A stretch of 64,000 nucleotides of DNA from Bacillota bacterium. Lineage in GTDB: Bacteria; Bacillota; DTU025. The notes beneath the pieces were generated by a model. The model was not told where the DNA came from and ran no database searches. It saw only the letters and a list, made by a program, of their open reading frames with translations. The stretch is taken from NCBI GenBank assembly GCA_050951805.1, contig JBMNJT010000002.1, forward strand, positions 448,001 to 512,000, given 5' to 3'. How positions within the stretch are numbered: the stretch's first letter is position 1; each line of letters starts with the position of its first letter. A program made the position numbers and the translations under genes. Of this stretch, positions 19,792 through 30,555 are shown one piece after another.

Positions 19792-20697
19792 TCATCCAAT
19801 GGCCAAGGCTACCACGCCTGCCGCCATTGCAACAGATGCCCACAAGCGTTTTTTTCTTGAGCTGGGGTCTCCTTCCTCGAGCATCCGAGTCCCGGCAAGT
19901 GTGCCCAGGAGGATGCTGATTTCCCGTGCCGGGGCGACGTAGCTTACAGGCGATGTTGCCAGGGCCGTGAGGACCAAAAGATACGATAGGGGTGATGATA
20001 TGGAGACTATGAGGGCAGGTTTCCATTGAGTGCGCATGGCGGTGCTCACTTCAGCTCGACGCTTCTTCGATAATAGGAAAAACGGCGCCATTCCTATGGC
20101 ACGCACACAATTGGCAGCCGACGACAGAAACGCCGGTTTGACGCCGACCACATCAAGAGCGTACTTGTCCCACATAGTGTAACCTGCGATCAAAACCCCG
20201 GTGAGGAGCCCGTACACTATTGCTTTGCTGCTGCCGTCATCAGAAGGCGTAGCCTGCGGCTCCTCGGCGCCTGCAAGAAAGAATGCGCCTACTCCTATGA
20301 GCAATGCGCCTGCCAACGCTAATCCTGATGGGCGCTCTCCATACAAAAGCATCGCCGCCAACGTGGATAACAGCGGGCCTGTCCCGCGCGCCAGCGGATA
20401 GACGAGGGATAGATCCCCACATCCGTATCCCGCTTGTAGAGACAGGAAATAGGCTGTATGGATTGCTCCACTGACACTGATTGCGACGACTACAGAGAAA
20501 GGGGATGCTCCTGCTCCTGGCGTGGTCACGTTCCCGGTCATCAACAGCCACGCTGCCAAGGGAAACCAACACAATGCCGACCCGGCAGCCATCAGAAACA
20601 CGTATGCCGCGCCGCCTTCAGCTTTCTTAGTCGCCAGATTCCAGCCTGCGTGGATCACAGCCGAAACGAGTACCAAGATAAGTGCGGAAGTTGTCAC
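19792..20697 (-). CDS. EamA/DMT family transporter
   Basis: SAVIHAGWNL, GDLSLVYPLARGTGP, SYVAPARE; about 10 TMs. Confidence 0.93.
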   Translation of the reverse strand: MTTSALILVLVSAVIHAGWNLATKKAEGGAAYVFLMAAGSALCWFPLAAWLLMTGNVTTPGAGASPFSVVVAISVSGAIHTAYFLSLQAGYGCGDLSLVYPLARGTGPLLSTLAAMLLYGERPSGLALAGALLIGVGAFFLAGAEEPQATPSDDGSSKAIVYGLLTGVLIAGYTMWDKYALDVVGVKPAFLSSAANCVRAIGMAPFFLLSKKRRAEVSTAMRTQWKPALIVSISSPLSYLLVLTALATSPVSYVAPAREISILLGTLAGTRMLEEGDPSSRKKRLWASVAMAAGVVALAIG

Positions 20698-20926
20698 TGC
20701 TTCACCTCCTTCCGACGAATATTCTCTTTTACCGATTCAATCCCTGCTTGCGTCAGGCGGATGAAGTGGTGCCGGGGGCATGGCAGCACTTTGCCTCTAA
20801 AGTCGGAAGTGATATAGTCTACATGCAGCGCAGGGCCTGGTTATGATGGAGTTGGGAAGTGTCTGAGGATGGGTTTCCCGGATGCACTGCGTTCTGCATG
20901 AGACTGCAAGGAGGATGAGTTGGAAT

Positions 20927-21664
20927 ATGCTCTGCCACAGACTTATAGCCCTCGATCTCGATGGTACGGTGCTCACAGACGACAAAAGAATTGCGGACAG
21001 TACGAAGTTATGGGTCGGAAAAGCCGCAGATGCCGGGGTCATCGTCACGTTTGCCACGGGGAGGGGAAGGCAAGACGCGCTTTCATTCGTGCGCGAGCTC
21101 GATCTCGATTCGCCGATGGTGTTCTTGAATGGGGCTGAGATTTGGGGTGGACCTGGACAGCTGTTGGAAAGGCACTTCATGGATACTGAGGACATTTACC
21201 GGTTACACCAACTGACGGCGGAGACTGGATGCTGCTTTTGGGGATACACCGTGGAGACCCTAATACAGAATGACTGGAGTAACGACATGCTTCATCAAGA
21301 GTGGATGAAGTACGGCATGTACTGCGACGATGTCGACTTAATGGCCCAATTACGCGACTACGTCGACAGCTGGGGGACGGTCGAGGTAACCTGCACGTCT
21401 GATGCGAACATGGAAGTCACTGCTCGGGGAATCACGAAAGCCCGAGGAGTCAGGAGAATATGCGAACAGATAGGCATCGAGATGGAGGCGGTCATGGCTG
21501 TTGGAGATGGTCTCAACGATCTGGACTTGATTGAAGGCGCAGGATTGGGCGTGGCAATGGGCAATGCCGCAGAAGAGCTGAAGCGGGCTGCCGACTTTGT
21601 CACTGAATCCAACGAGGATGACGGTGTGGTTCTGGCGATTCGCCGTTGTATCTTTGGCATGTAA
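20927..21664 (+). CDS. Cof-type HAD-IIB hydrolase
   Basis: LDLDGT, ATGR, NGA, TKARG, GDGLNDLDL, AMGNA, NEDDGV. Confidence 0.95.
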   Translation: MLCHRLIALDLDGTVLTDDKRIADSTKLWVGKAADAGVIVTFATGRGRQDALSFVRELDLDSPMVFLNGAEIWGGPGQLLERHFMDTEDIYRLHQLTAETGCCFWGYTVETLIQNDWSNDMLHQEWMKYGMYCDDVDLMAQLRDYVDSWGTVEVTCTSDANMEVTARGITKARGVRRICEQIGIEMEAVMAVGDGLNDLDLIEGAGLGVAMGNAAEELKRAADFVTESNEDDGVVLAIRRCIFGM

Positions 21665-21962
21665 TTGCTATTGGCGAAGGGACAATGGCGACCGAATATC
21701 CCCCCCGATTGGCTTCCAAATTTCATTCTTGTATTGTTTCCCAGACGACAGTCTATAAAACTGATGATGGCGCTTGAAAGCCTCTAACCTGAGGGCCTAG
21801 CGGAAGTGTATCACGGAGTGACATCGCTGGCCGGCGACCTATGGTGTTCCCTAGGAAGCCGCAAAGAGCGCCCCAGCCTTATCAAGAAACTCTATCGAGG
21901 CCTGTCCAGACACATACGACGTGCGTTGGGCCGTGCCCCATTATTATAAGCATTCTTTGTAC

Positions 21963-22014
21963 AATTATTGTGAATAATTTTCTGTTTGACTTATCTAGCT
22001 CGCACACGTATAAT
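21963..22014 (+). promoter_or_regulatory. sigmaA promoter of the peptide ABC operon with an upstream inverted repeat
   Basis: TTGACT (21986-21991)-17 bp-TATAAT (22009-22014); AATTATT-GTG-AATAATT inverted repeat at 21963-21979. Confidence 0.8.
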
Positions 22015-22071
22015 TACAGACTAATATCTATTAACGATTTATCATTAGATGCAGCAAGGGGGCAACAGGAC

Positions 22072-23652
22072 ATGTCGAAAAGGACAGTTCTAGCAATCGT
22101 GGCAGCACTTCTATTGGTGTCTGCATCAACCGTGGTTTTGGGAGCCGGTCCGACTAAGGGCGGCACTCTCAAGATCGCGGCGTCATCCATCCAACAGCTT
22201 GATCCATACAAGACTGCCGCCAATGACGAAACCAATCTGTGCGGCCTCGTCTTCGATCCCCTCGTGGTTATCGGCAAAGATAGTTTCGAGCCGAAACCCC
22301 ACCTTGCGCAAAGTTGGGAAATGCCTGATGAGAACACTTGGGTTTTCCATATTCGCAAAGGCGTGTACTTCCAGGAGGGCAATGAGGTTTTCAAAAAGGG
22401 CGCCAAACGTGAAGTGACGGCGGACGACGTCGTGTATTCCATTAATCGTTTCATCAACGTTAGCACTGCTTTCACCCTTGGCCCAATCAAGAGTGTCAAG
22501 GCACTCGATCGTTATACTGTCGAGATCAAGACGCCTGAGCCGTCGCCGTTTCTGGTCAGCGATCCCAACCGATTGCCAAGTGTGGGCATAGTGCCTCGTG
22601 AGGCAATCGAGAAGCTTGGCGAAGATGGCTTTGCCAGAAAGCCCATAGGCTCAGGGCCATTCCAGCTCAAGAGCTTTTCACCTGATAAAGGCGCTGTTCT
22701 TGAACGGAATCCTCGCTACTGGTTGCCGGTATATCTCGATAAAGTTGAATTCGTCGTCATACCTGATCCGACGGTTCAGGTAATGGCCGTTACTTCGGGG
22801 CAAGTGGACATAATCACGTATCTTGTGAACATGGACGCCATGCCCACGATTTCGAAGAACCGCAAGCTGGCTGCTGTGAGAGGTCGTGGCGGCTCATATA
22901 GGGGTCTTGGTTTTAACGTGACTGTTTCGCCTTTCGATGAATTCGCGGTGCGCGATGCGATTTCGAAGGCCATGAACATTGATGCCGCGTTCAACGCAGT
23001 GGTAGCGCCCCATGGCCAGCGGGCATATGGGCAGTGCCCTCCCTGGGTTGCCCATGGCTATGATCCAAGTCTGAAGAGCCTGTGGAAATATGACCCTAAG
23101 GAAGCCGTAGCAATACTGAATAAGGCCGGATTCCGAGACACAAATGGCGATGGAATACTTGACCGAAATGGGCAGCCCTTGAAAGTGGAGATGAAGACTG
23201 TCCCCGGTTCGCAAGTGAGGGTGCTCACAATCCTCGCTACACAGCTCAGGCAGATCGGGATAGATGCATCAGTAGTGCAGCAGGATACGGCCGTTTGGGT
23301 GTCTGACATCATGGGCGGGAAGTCCGGCGTGTTCTTCGACTTCAGTTTCGCAGGAACCACTGGTCTGCATTCGCTCTTCCACAGTGAGGCGATTGGGAAG
23401 ACGAATGGCCACTTCTATGCCGATTCCACTGTAGACTCCCTGCTCGATCAGGCGCTAAGGACCACTGACATGAAGAAGCTGTCGAGCCTCTGGAAGCAGG
23501 CGCAACGCAAGATCATGGAGGACAGGGCCTCGATACCGCTCTACTTCGAATGGGGATACTCGGTTGTAAACAAGAAAGTCAATGACTACGTGTCGCCGTG
23601 GGGCGGTCTCCACCTAGTGACACTCGAGAACAACGTCTGGATTTCAAAGTAG
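22072..23652 (+). CDS. Peptide/nickel ABC substrate-binding protein (family 5)
   Basis: Signal peptide without lipobox, LDP, PHLAQSW, TADDVVYS, PIGSGPF, DTNGDG; ATG 22072 after GGGGG. Confidence 0.95.
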   Translation: MSKRTVLAIVAALLLVSASTVVLGAGPTKGGTLKIAASSIQQLDPYKTAANDETNLCGLVFDPLVVIGKDSFEPKPHLAQSWEMPDENTWVFHIRKGVYFQEGNEVFKKGAKREVTADDVVYSINRFINVSTAFTLGPIKSVKALDRYTVEIKTPEPSPFLVSDPNRLPSVGIVPREAIEKLGEDGFARKPIGSGPFQLKSFSPDKGAVLERNPRYWLPVYLDKVEFVVIPDPTVQVMAVTSGQVDIITYLVNMDAMPTISKNRKLAAVRGRGGSYRGLGFNVTVSPFDEFAVRDAISKAMNIDAAFNAVVAPHGQRAYGQCPPWVAHGYDPSLKSLWKYDPKEAVAILNKAGFRDTNGDGILDRNGQPLKVEMKTVPGSQVRVLTILATQLRQIGIDASVVQQDTAVWVSDIMGGKSGVFFDFSFAGTTGLHSLFHSEAIGKTNGHFYADSTVDSLLDQALRTTDMKKLSSLWKQAQRKIMEDRASIPLYFEWGYSVVNKKVNDYVSPWGGLHLVTLENNVWISK

Positions 23653-23785
23653 CGTTCATTCCTGACAGATCGATTCGTACGGGAAGATGAACCCAGGAAG
23701 CTTCGATGGGGAGGGATACGTTGCTTGGCGACGCAGCCTTGAAATGTAGCGCCCTCCCCTGTGAAGTTAGGGGGGAAGGTCAGAG

Positions 23786-24733
23786 TTGACCAGATATATT
23801 GTACGTCGTCTTTTGGCGACAGTGCCGGTTATAATCGGCATCACCTTCATAGTGTTTGCGATGGTCAGTTTCGCTCCCGGCGACCCGATCGAGCTTATGC
23901 TCGGATCGGAGACTGTAAATCCGGAATACGCCGAGCGAATTCGGATAGAATTGGGCCTCGACAGGCCATGGTACGAGCAGTATTTGCGATATATGAGTGG
24001 ATTGCTCCGTGGCGATATGGGAAGATCGATAGTCTACAATCGTCCGGTAGCAGGGCAGGTCAAAGAGAGGTTTGCAAACACGGCCATTCTTGCCGTGTCG
24101 TCCGCGATATTTGCGCTACTGATCTCGATCCCGTTGGGCGTGTTGGCCGCTGCAAAGAGGCGCACTTGGATAGATTACACAGCGACGACCCTTGCAATGC
24201 TAGGAGTCTCGCTTCCAGGGTTTTACCTTGGACTTCTGCTGATTCTTCTTTTTGGAGTGAGGCTCGGATGGCTTCCCATCACAGGAATGGGCGCTGCGGG
24301 ATCGGGCGCTTGGGAGTATATCAAACACTTGATACTGCCATCTATAACGTTGGGCAGTGGAATGGCCGCGATTCTGACGCGTCTCACAAGATCGTCCGTG
24401 CTTGAAGCGCTATCACAAGACTTCGTGCGTACTGCCAGGGCCAAAGGGGTCCGTGAGAAGACGGTCCTTTACAAGCACGCTCTCCGCAATGCGCTGTTGC
24501 CCGTAATTACCACCTTCGGGCTGCAATTCGGATCATTGCTCGGAGGAGCTGTGATAACAGAGACGATCTTTTCGTGGCCGGGCATAGGCATGTTGGCTGT
24601 GAACGCAGTCAAACAGCGAGACATTCCGGTAATCCAGGGGACAACCCTTGTTTTCGCTCTCAGCTTTGTGCTGATTACACTCATCGTCGATATAGTATAC
24701 GTATTCATAGATCCGAGGATTAGATATGAGTAA
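23786..24733 (+). CDS. Peptide ABC permease (DppB/OppB-like)
   Basis: PGDP, LGLDRP, TARAKG...KHALRNAL, IDPRIR. Confidence 0.96.
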   Translation: MTRYIVRRLLATVPVIIGITFIVFAMVSFAPGDPIELMLGSETVNPEYAERIRIELGLDRPWYEQYLRYMSGLLRGDMGRSIVYNRPVAGQVKERFANTAILAVSSAIFALLISIPLGVLAAAKRRTWIDYTATTLAMLGVSLPGFYLGLLLILLFGVRLGWLPITGMGAAGSGAWEYIKHLILPSITLGSGMAAILTRLTRSSVLEALSQDFVRTARAKGVREKTVLYKHALRNALLPVITTFGLQFGSLLGGAVITETIFSWPGIGMLAVNAVKQRDIPVIQGTTLVFALSFVLITLIVDIVYVFIDPRIRYE

Positions 24734-25622
24734 AGAAAGAGAAAGAATTGAGGAAACAGAGGGAACGATAAGGTCTGAGTTTGCCCATGTCGTGCAAGTG
24801 TTCTTCAGGCATAAGCTCGGCGTTTTGGGACTTGTCATGCTCGTGGCATTCGTGGCCATAGCCATCTTTGCGCCGGTCGTTGCGCCATGTGACCCATATG
24901 AGATGGACCTTGCGAATCCATTCCTGCCGCCGGGCTCGCCAGGACACATCCTCGGCACCGACAACTTTGGGCGAGACATGCTGTCACGGCTCATATACGG
25001 CTCAAGAATATCTCTTCTTATCGGCATTGTAGTTGTGTCGATATCGAGTGTTCTCGGGTCGTTGCTTGGCATGGTTGCGGGCTACTACGGCGGATGGGTT
25101 GACGCATTGGTAATGCGTCTTGTTGAGGTGTTCTATTCATTTCCGTTTCTCATTCTCGTGATAGCGGTCATGGCTATTTTGGGCCCCAGCATATTCAATG
25201 TCATGTGGGTGTTGGGCGTTGTAAGCTGGCCGCTGTACGCACGTTTGGTGAGGGCCCAGGTAATGGCCCTTAAATCCGAAGATTTCATTAAAGCTGCGAG
25301 CGCGTTAGGATGTAGCGACGCCAGGATAATGTTCAGGCACATACTCCCCAACGTGCTGACGCCCGTGATAGTCTCGGCAACGCTTGGAATACCCAGCGCG
25401 ATACTTTCCTCTGCATCTCTGGGTTTTCTGGGGTTTGGAGTTCAGCCGCCAACCCCTGAGTGGGGTGCGATGGTGAGCGAGGCCAAGGATTTTATGTTGA
25501 TCAACTCCAACATGATTATCTGGCCGGGCCTCTGCATTTTTCTGGTTGTTCTCAGCTTCAACTTCGTGGGCGATGCATTGCGGGACGCTCTCGATCCGCG
25601 CCTTGCCAAACAGCTGAACTGA
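24726..25622 (+). CDS. Peptide ABC permease (DppC/OppC-like)
   Basis: HILGTDNFGRD, RHILPN, PPTPEWG, GDALRDALDPR. Confidence 0.96.
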   Translation: MSKERERIEETEGTIRSEFAHVVQVFFRHKLGVLGLVMLVAFVAIAIFAPVVAPCDPYEMDLANPFLPPGSPGHILGTDNFGRDMLSRLIYGSRISLLIGIVVVSISSVLGSLLGMVAGYYGGWVDALVMRLVEVFYSFPFLILVIAVMAILGPSIFNVMWVLGVVSWPLYARLVRAQVMALKSEDFIKAASALGCSDARIMFRHILPNVLTPVIVSATLGIPSAILSSASLGFLGFGVQPPTPEWGAMVSEAKDFMLINSNMIIWPGLCIFLVVLSFNFVGDALRDALDPRLAKQLN

Positions 25623-25707
25623 ACGCAGTCGAGTGGATAGCACCAATGCCGCGAAGGTTACGGCATGCGAAAGCACTAGCACTATATGTAGCTTGGGAGG
25701 TTTGCAA

Positions 25708-27126
25708 ATGAAAGCAGACTTGACGATAGAAGAACGATTGGCTGCAGTCCCTGAATACACGCGATTTGTGACAGTTGACGAGCTTTATGCACGCGCCAAG
25801 GCGGTGGCGGAGGCCCGTCCTGACATTGCAAAACTGGCCATTGTCGGAAAATCTACAGCCGGCAGCGAGATACCTATGGTCTCCATAGGCGACGGGCCTG
25901 TGAGCATATTGATCTTTGCCTGTCCGCACCCGAACGAACCCATCGGGGCGATGATGACTTACTTCCTAATGGAAGAGCTCCTGAAGGATGAGGACCTGCG
26001 TGCGGGTCGCACGTGGCATATCATGCCGTGTGTCGATCCTGACGGGACGCGTATGAACGAAGGATGGTTTGCAGGCCCATTCAACATCAGAAACTACGCG
26101 CACGATTTCTATAGGCCGCGGCCTCAGGATCAGGTGGAGTGGACTTTCCCAATAGAATACAAGACTCTCAAATGGGATACGCCCAAACCTGAGACGCAGG
26201 CCTTGATGAAGGCAATAGAGACGACACGTCCGGACGTGATGTACTCGCTGCACAACGCCGGCTTCGGAGGAGCTTATTACTATATATCGAGCGGGCTGAG
26301 CAAGGAAGACTACGACGAACTCCACAGAATTCCGATCGATCGCGGCCTTCCGCTCTCATTGGGTGAGCCTGAAGTGCCTTGGGCGGTTGAACTCTATCCG
26401 GGAGTGTACGAATCGTGCCCGATAACGGCTTCCTATGATTACTACGAGCAATTCGCGCCTGGCGACCCGGCACAGTATATCACGGCTGGAGCTGGCAGCG
26501 ATGAGTGGGCCAAGACAGTATGTGATCCGTTTTCGATCGTCACTGAAGTGCCGTATTTCGTGTCTGCCAAAATAGGGGACGAGACTCCTATTGGACGGAC
26601 GAGACGAGAGGTGGTTCTGGAGGGCATAGATAGGGGTAGGCGCATATACGAGTTGCTTGCCAAGGACCTAACCGCGACTGAAGGTCTGATAACAAGGCCT
26701 GAGGGAAAGCTCCTTCGAGGTGCAGTCGAAACATTCGTCGATTCGGAACTGAAGTCCATTCCAAGCCAAGAGCGGTGGGCGCGGGAGACTTCCGGGATGG
26801 ATCAGCCTGCTACAGTTGCTCAGGAGGTTGACTCGATCTATGTGGGCGTGTTCTACAAGATGATAGTCGCCAGCATGTTGGCTCGAGCCATAGCGGGCGA
26901 ACTTGGTGCGGAGAGTCAGGAGGAATGCTGCGATGGGGGATATGGATGCAGCTGTGCGCCTAAAAGGCAGATCCTGCGGTCCGTTCTGTACGACCTCAAT
27001 GCCCATATTGACAGATGGGCCACTGATATAGAAGAGAATCTTGCATACGAAGTGGTCCCCATAAAGGATCTGATCGAGGTTCAATATGGAGCGCTTCTTG
27101 TAGTTCTCAATGCGAAAGGATTCTAA
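25708..27126 (+). CDS. M14-family zinc carboxypeptidase-like protein
   Basis: [14 protein letters not shown] (HxxE), DPDG, PETQAL, SLHN, TEVPYF; GGAGG before ATG 25708; no signal peptide. Confidence 0.88.
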   Translation: MKADLTIEERLAAVPEYTRFVTVDELYARAKAVAEARPDIAKLAIVGKSTAGSEIPMVSIGDGPVSILIFACPHPNEPIGAMMTYFLMEELLKDEDLRAGRTWHIMPCVDPDGTRMNEGWFAGPFNIRNYAHDFYRPRPQDQVEWTFPIEYKTLKWDTPKPETQALMKAIETTRPDVMYSLHNAGFGGAYYYISSGLSKEDYDELHRIPIDRGLPLSLGEPEVPWAVELYPGVYESCPITASYDYYEQFAPGDPAQYITAGAGSDEWAKTVCDPFSIVTEVPYFVSAKIGDETPIGRTRREVVLEGIDRGRRIYELLAKDLTATEGLITRPEGKLLRGAVETFVDSELKSIPSQERWARETSGMDQPATVAQEVDSIYVGVFYKMIVASMLARAIAGELGAESQEECCDGGYGCSCAPKRQILRSVLYDLNAHIDRWATDIEENLAYEVVPIKDLIEVQYGALLVVLNAKGF

Positions 27127-27140
27127 GGGGGGGCACAAGA

Positions 27141-28136
27141 GTGCCAGAACTGCACGAACCGTTGTTATCAGTCAGAAATCTGATCACTCGCTTCATGACT
27201 GAAGACGGAGAGGTAACAGCCGTCGATGACGTGAGCTTTGATGTATGGCCAGGCGAGACCTTAGGCATAGTCGGCGAGAGCGGATGCGGCAAGAGCGTGA
27301 CATCCCTTTCGGTAATGCGACTTGTTCAGAGTCCTCCCGGGGTGATCGCTTCCGGGCAGGTGATGTTCGGAGGACGAGATTTGTTATCCATACCAGAACA
27401 TGATATGCGGAAGATCAGAGGAAACGAGATATCCATGATATTTCAGGAGCCGATGACAAGCCTCAACCCCGTATTCACCGTGGGTGACCAGATTATGGAG
27501 GCAATACTGCTTCACCAAGAGGTAGACAAGCGTACTGCAAGAAAACTCGCTATAGAGATGTTGCGGAAGGTGGGAATTCCTTCGCCCGAGCGGCGTGTGG
27601 ACGAGTATCCGCACCAGATGAGCGGCGGAATGAGGCAGAGGGTCATGATCGCCATGGCAATTGCTTGTAATCCCAAGCTGTTGATAGCAGATGAACCCAC
27701 AACTGCCCTGGACGTGACGATTCAGGCGCAGATCCTGGACCTCATAGCGCAGTTGAAATCGGATAGCGGAGCGTCGGTGATGCTCATCACCCACGATCTG
27801 GGCGTGATCGCCGAAACGGCTGACAGGGTGGTAGTGATGTACGCATCCCAGATAGTGGAGACAGGCGATGTGATGACGATATTCGAGAAACCGGTGCATC
27901 CCTACACCGCAGGTCTGCTTCGTTCAGTTCCCAAGCTGAATGAAGAGACAGAACGGCTCCATCCTATCGATGGCGTCGTCCCGAGTCCGTTGCGAATGCC
28001 GGAAGGGTGCCGGTTTGCGCCTAGATGTCCTAATGCCCAAGCGGCCTGCAGGCGCGAAATGCCTCCCTTGAGGAGAATCGCTCCTGGGCACGAGGTAAGG
28101 TGTATCAGGGCAGAAAAGGAGGCGGACCAGAAGTGA
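27141..28136 (+). CDS. Peptide ABC ATP-binding protein (DppD/OppD-like)
   Basis: [37 protein letters not shown]. Confidence 0.97.
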   Translation: MPELHEPLLSVRNLITRFMTEDGEVTAVDDVSFDVWPGETLGIVGESGCGKSVTSLSVMRLVQSPPGVIASGQVMFGGRDLLSIPEHDMRKIRGNEISMIFQEPMTSLNPVFTVGDQIMEAILLHQEVDKRTARKLAIEMLRKVGIPSPERRVDEYPHQMSGGMRQRVMIAMAIACNPKLLIADEPTTALDVTIQAQILDLIAQLKSDSGASVMLITHDLGVIAETADRVVVMYASQIVETGDVMTIFEKPVHPYTAGLLRSVPKLNEETERLHPIDGVVPSPLRMPEGCRFAPRCPNAQAACRREMPPLRRIAPGHEVRCIRAEKEADQK

Positions 28137-29137
28137 GCAAAGGATCAGCTGAAGCTCTGCTCCGCGTAGATAATCTGACAAAGCACTATCCGATTACTCA
28201 GGGGATAATTCGCCAGAAGCAAGTAGGCGCAGTCCGGGCGGTTGATGGAATATCCTTCGAAGTTCGAAAGGGCGAGACTTTGGGCCTTGTAGGCGAGAGC
28301 GGATGTGGCAAGTCAACCACCGGGCGGCTGCTGATGCGGCTCGAGGAGCCTACGGAAGGATCGATCCGTTTCGACGGCTGTGATTGGCTTTCAATGGGCA
28401 AGGAAGATCTCCGGAGAGCGCGCAAGGATATGCAGATAGTCTTCCAGGATCCATTTTCATCTCTCAACCCTCGGATGACCGTGGGTGAGATGGTTGGCGA
28501 GCCCTTGCTGGTTCACGGGATTGCAAAAGGCGCCGAATTGGAGCGGAGGACTGCAGAGCTTTTGGGAGTTGTCGGGCTTGACAGATCGCATGCACACAGG
28601 TATCCGCACGAGTTTTCCGGCGGGCAACGCCAGCGAATCGGCGTTGCGAGGGCGCTCGCACTCAATCCCAAGCTGATAATCCTGGACGAACCCGTATCGG
28701 CTCTGGACGTTTCCGTTCAGGCGCAGGTCATCAACTTGCTCCAGGATCTGCAGCAAGAGTTCGGGCTGACGTATATCTTTATCGCCCACGACCTTGCTGT
28801 AGTTCGGCACATAAGCAACAGAGTGGCCGTGATGTACCTGGGAAAGATTGTAGAGCTGGCGCAGAAGGATGAACTATGTTCAAGCCCTCTGCATCCGTAT
28901 ACGGAGGCGCTGCTATCTGCGGTGCCGATACCCGACCCGAAGCTGAGGGGCGGGAGACAGAGGATAATACTTGAAGGAGACGTTCCTAGCCCGGTTGACC
29001 CCCCGAGCGGCTGCAGGTTCCATACGAGATGTCGGTTGGCTCAGGACATATGCAGCGAAAAGGAACCGGTGCTCGAGGATGTTGGCGGAGGACATATGTG
29101 CGCCTGCTGGGTGCGAGGCCGCACAGAGGTTGCATGA
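28133..29137 (+). CDS. Peptide ABC ATP-binding protein (DppF/OppF-like)
   Basis: [37 protein letters not shown]. Confidence 0.97.
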   Translation: MSKGSAEALLRVDNLTKHYPITQGIIRQKQVGAVRAVDGISFEVRKGETLGLVGESGCGKSTTGRLLMRLEEPTEGSIRFDGCDWLSMGKEDLRRARKDMQIVFQDPFSSLNPRMTVGEMVGEPLLVHGIAKGAELERRTAELLGVVGLDRSHAHRYPHEFSGGQRQRIGVARALALNPKLIILDEPVSALDVSVQAQVINLLQDLQQEFGLTYIFIAHDLAVVRHISNRVAVMYLGKIVELAQKDELCSSPLHPYTEALLSAVPIPDPKLRGGRQRIILEGDVPSPVDPPSGCRFHTRCRLAQDICSEKEPVLEDVGGGHMCACWVRGRTEVA

Positions 29138-29146
29138 TGTGAATAT

Positions 29147-29452
29147 GCCGCTGAGGTTTCCGGCGGAGTTTCGCCAATCCCATGAAAGCTTTCATGTGGA
29201 TTGGCCGTTAGTTGGGCGTGTCGCTTCTGCAAGAATGACCTGTCGACGGGTCGCCCCACTCTGAGGACTGGGGAAAAGAAGCGACGCGCCGGCGTCGCCG
29301 TCAATATGCCAGCCTTCGGAGGTTGCTGCAATTGACACTCGCATACTTGGGGATTCTTAGGCGCTCGAACCGTAGCCCACGACCTATGCCAGGCTGTGGG
29401 CTGCCGGTGAAAGGACTTGGATCTCACAACTAGCATGTGACGCGAGAGTCTT
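29147..29452. other. Highly structured intergenic region (candidate ncRNA or hairpin array)
   Basis: At least five consecutive stem-loops, including a 14 bp stem closing a three-way junction (29215-29290), between convergent genes. Confidence 0.45.
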
Positions 29453-29456
29453 AATA

Positions 29457-30353
29457 TCAGTCCTTGTCATCTACGAACATGTCAGCACGCTTGAACCAGT
29501 TGAACCCTGCTTCCTCAGTGGCCCGGACAAGGTCCTCATTCCCATCAGGCAGTTTGTCTGCACGGTAGTGCAGGCCAAACCTGTATTGCGCTGCATTTAT
29601 CAGTCCAGCTTCCCGGACTCGTTCCAGGCATTCAACAGCAAATTCATCGCCGTGCACTGCTTTGCATACTTCCTCCAGAATTGCTACTCGCTCTTCGGTG
29701 GCTTCAAGGGCAAACCCTTCGTACTTGTTTTCATAGGCCCGCAGCAATTCTTCAGCATCCAGATCCCGGTAGACCTCATCATGCACTACAACGTCTGCCC
29801 CCAACTTCCTGCGGGGCATTGGTCGTTCTCGGGGATACCCAATAGCCAGCAACACTACGGGAAGCACTCCATTTGGGAGTTCGAGCAGTTCGCGAAGTTC
29901 ACGAAGGCATTCCAGGACGGTTCCAATGTAACACGAGCCGAGCCCGACGGCGTCGGCGGCGGTGCAGATGTTTTGAGCACAAATGACAGTATCCTGAAAT
30001 GAGATCCAAAAGTGGCGGAACGACTGTGTGGCGGAGAACGGAGCGTCCTCCAAGGATGCCCACCGTTCTAGTCGGTGCCAATCAATGCAGAATACTAGGT
30101 TGACCGGGGCTTTGGCAATGAAACCCTGATCGCCGCAGAATTCGGCCAGGCGGATGCGCATGTCATGATTTTCGACCTTTATTATGGAATATGGCTGTAG
30201 ATTGCCGCCGGTTGGCGCATGGATTCCGGCATTGAGCACTGCATTAATCGTCTCTTGCGGTATCTTCTTGTCAGAAAAATCGCGGCAGCTCGCCCTCGAC
30301 GTAAGCAGACGAAGGGTTTCGTTGCCATTCGCATAGCCATTGGCGCAGTTCAT
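29457..30353 (-). CDS. Nitroreductase family protein (NfsA/Frp-like)
   Basis: SRASCRDF, APTGGNLQPYSII, QNICTAADAVGLGSCYIG, LAIGYP. Confidence 0.93.
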   Translation of the reverse strand: MNCANGYANGNETLRLLTSRASCRDFSDKKIPQETINAVLNAGIHAPTGGNLQPYSIIKVENHDMRIRLAEFCGDQGFIAKAPVNLVFCIDWHRLERWASLEDAPFSATQSFRHFWISFQDTVICAQNICTAADAVGLGSCYIGTVLECLRELRELLELPNGVLPVVLLAIGYPRERPMPRRKLGADVVVHDEVYRDLDAEELLRAYENKYEGFALEATEERVAILEEVCKAVHGDEFAVECLERVREAGLINAAQYRFGLHYRADKLPDGNEDLVRATEEAGFNWFKRADMFVDDKD

Positions 30354-30455
30354 GTGCCTACCTCCTCAAAGCCATACTATTGTTCCCGCGGGCGTAGCAA
30401 AAGATATGCTGAAAGCCGCGTGGAAGGCTGCGCATCATTTGATCCCAGTTAAGGT

Positions 30456-30483
30456 TTTAGGGGCGCCTTCCGACGCCCCTAAA
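30456..30483. terminator. Stem-loop downstream of the acidic lipoprotein gene
   Basis: TTTAGGGGCG-ccttccga-CGCCCCTAAA inverted repeat; no clear U-tract. Confidence 0.45.
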
Positions 30484-30555
30484 TCGAATAGATCTAGTCA
30501 GTTATCCAACTGCATTACGGCAACATAAGACCGTAGTATGTTTTTACCGGACGAA

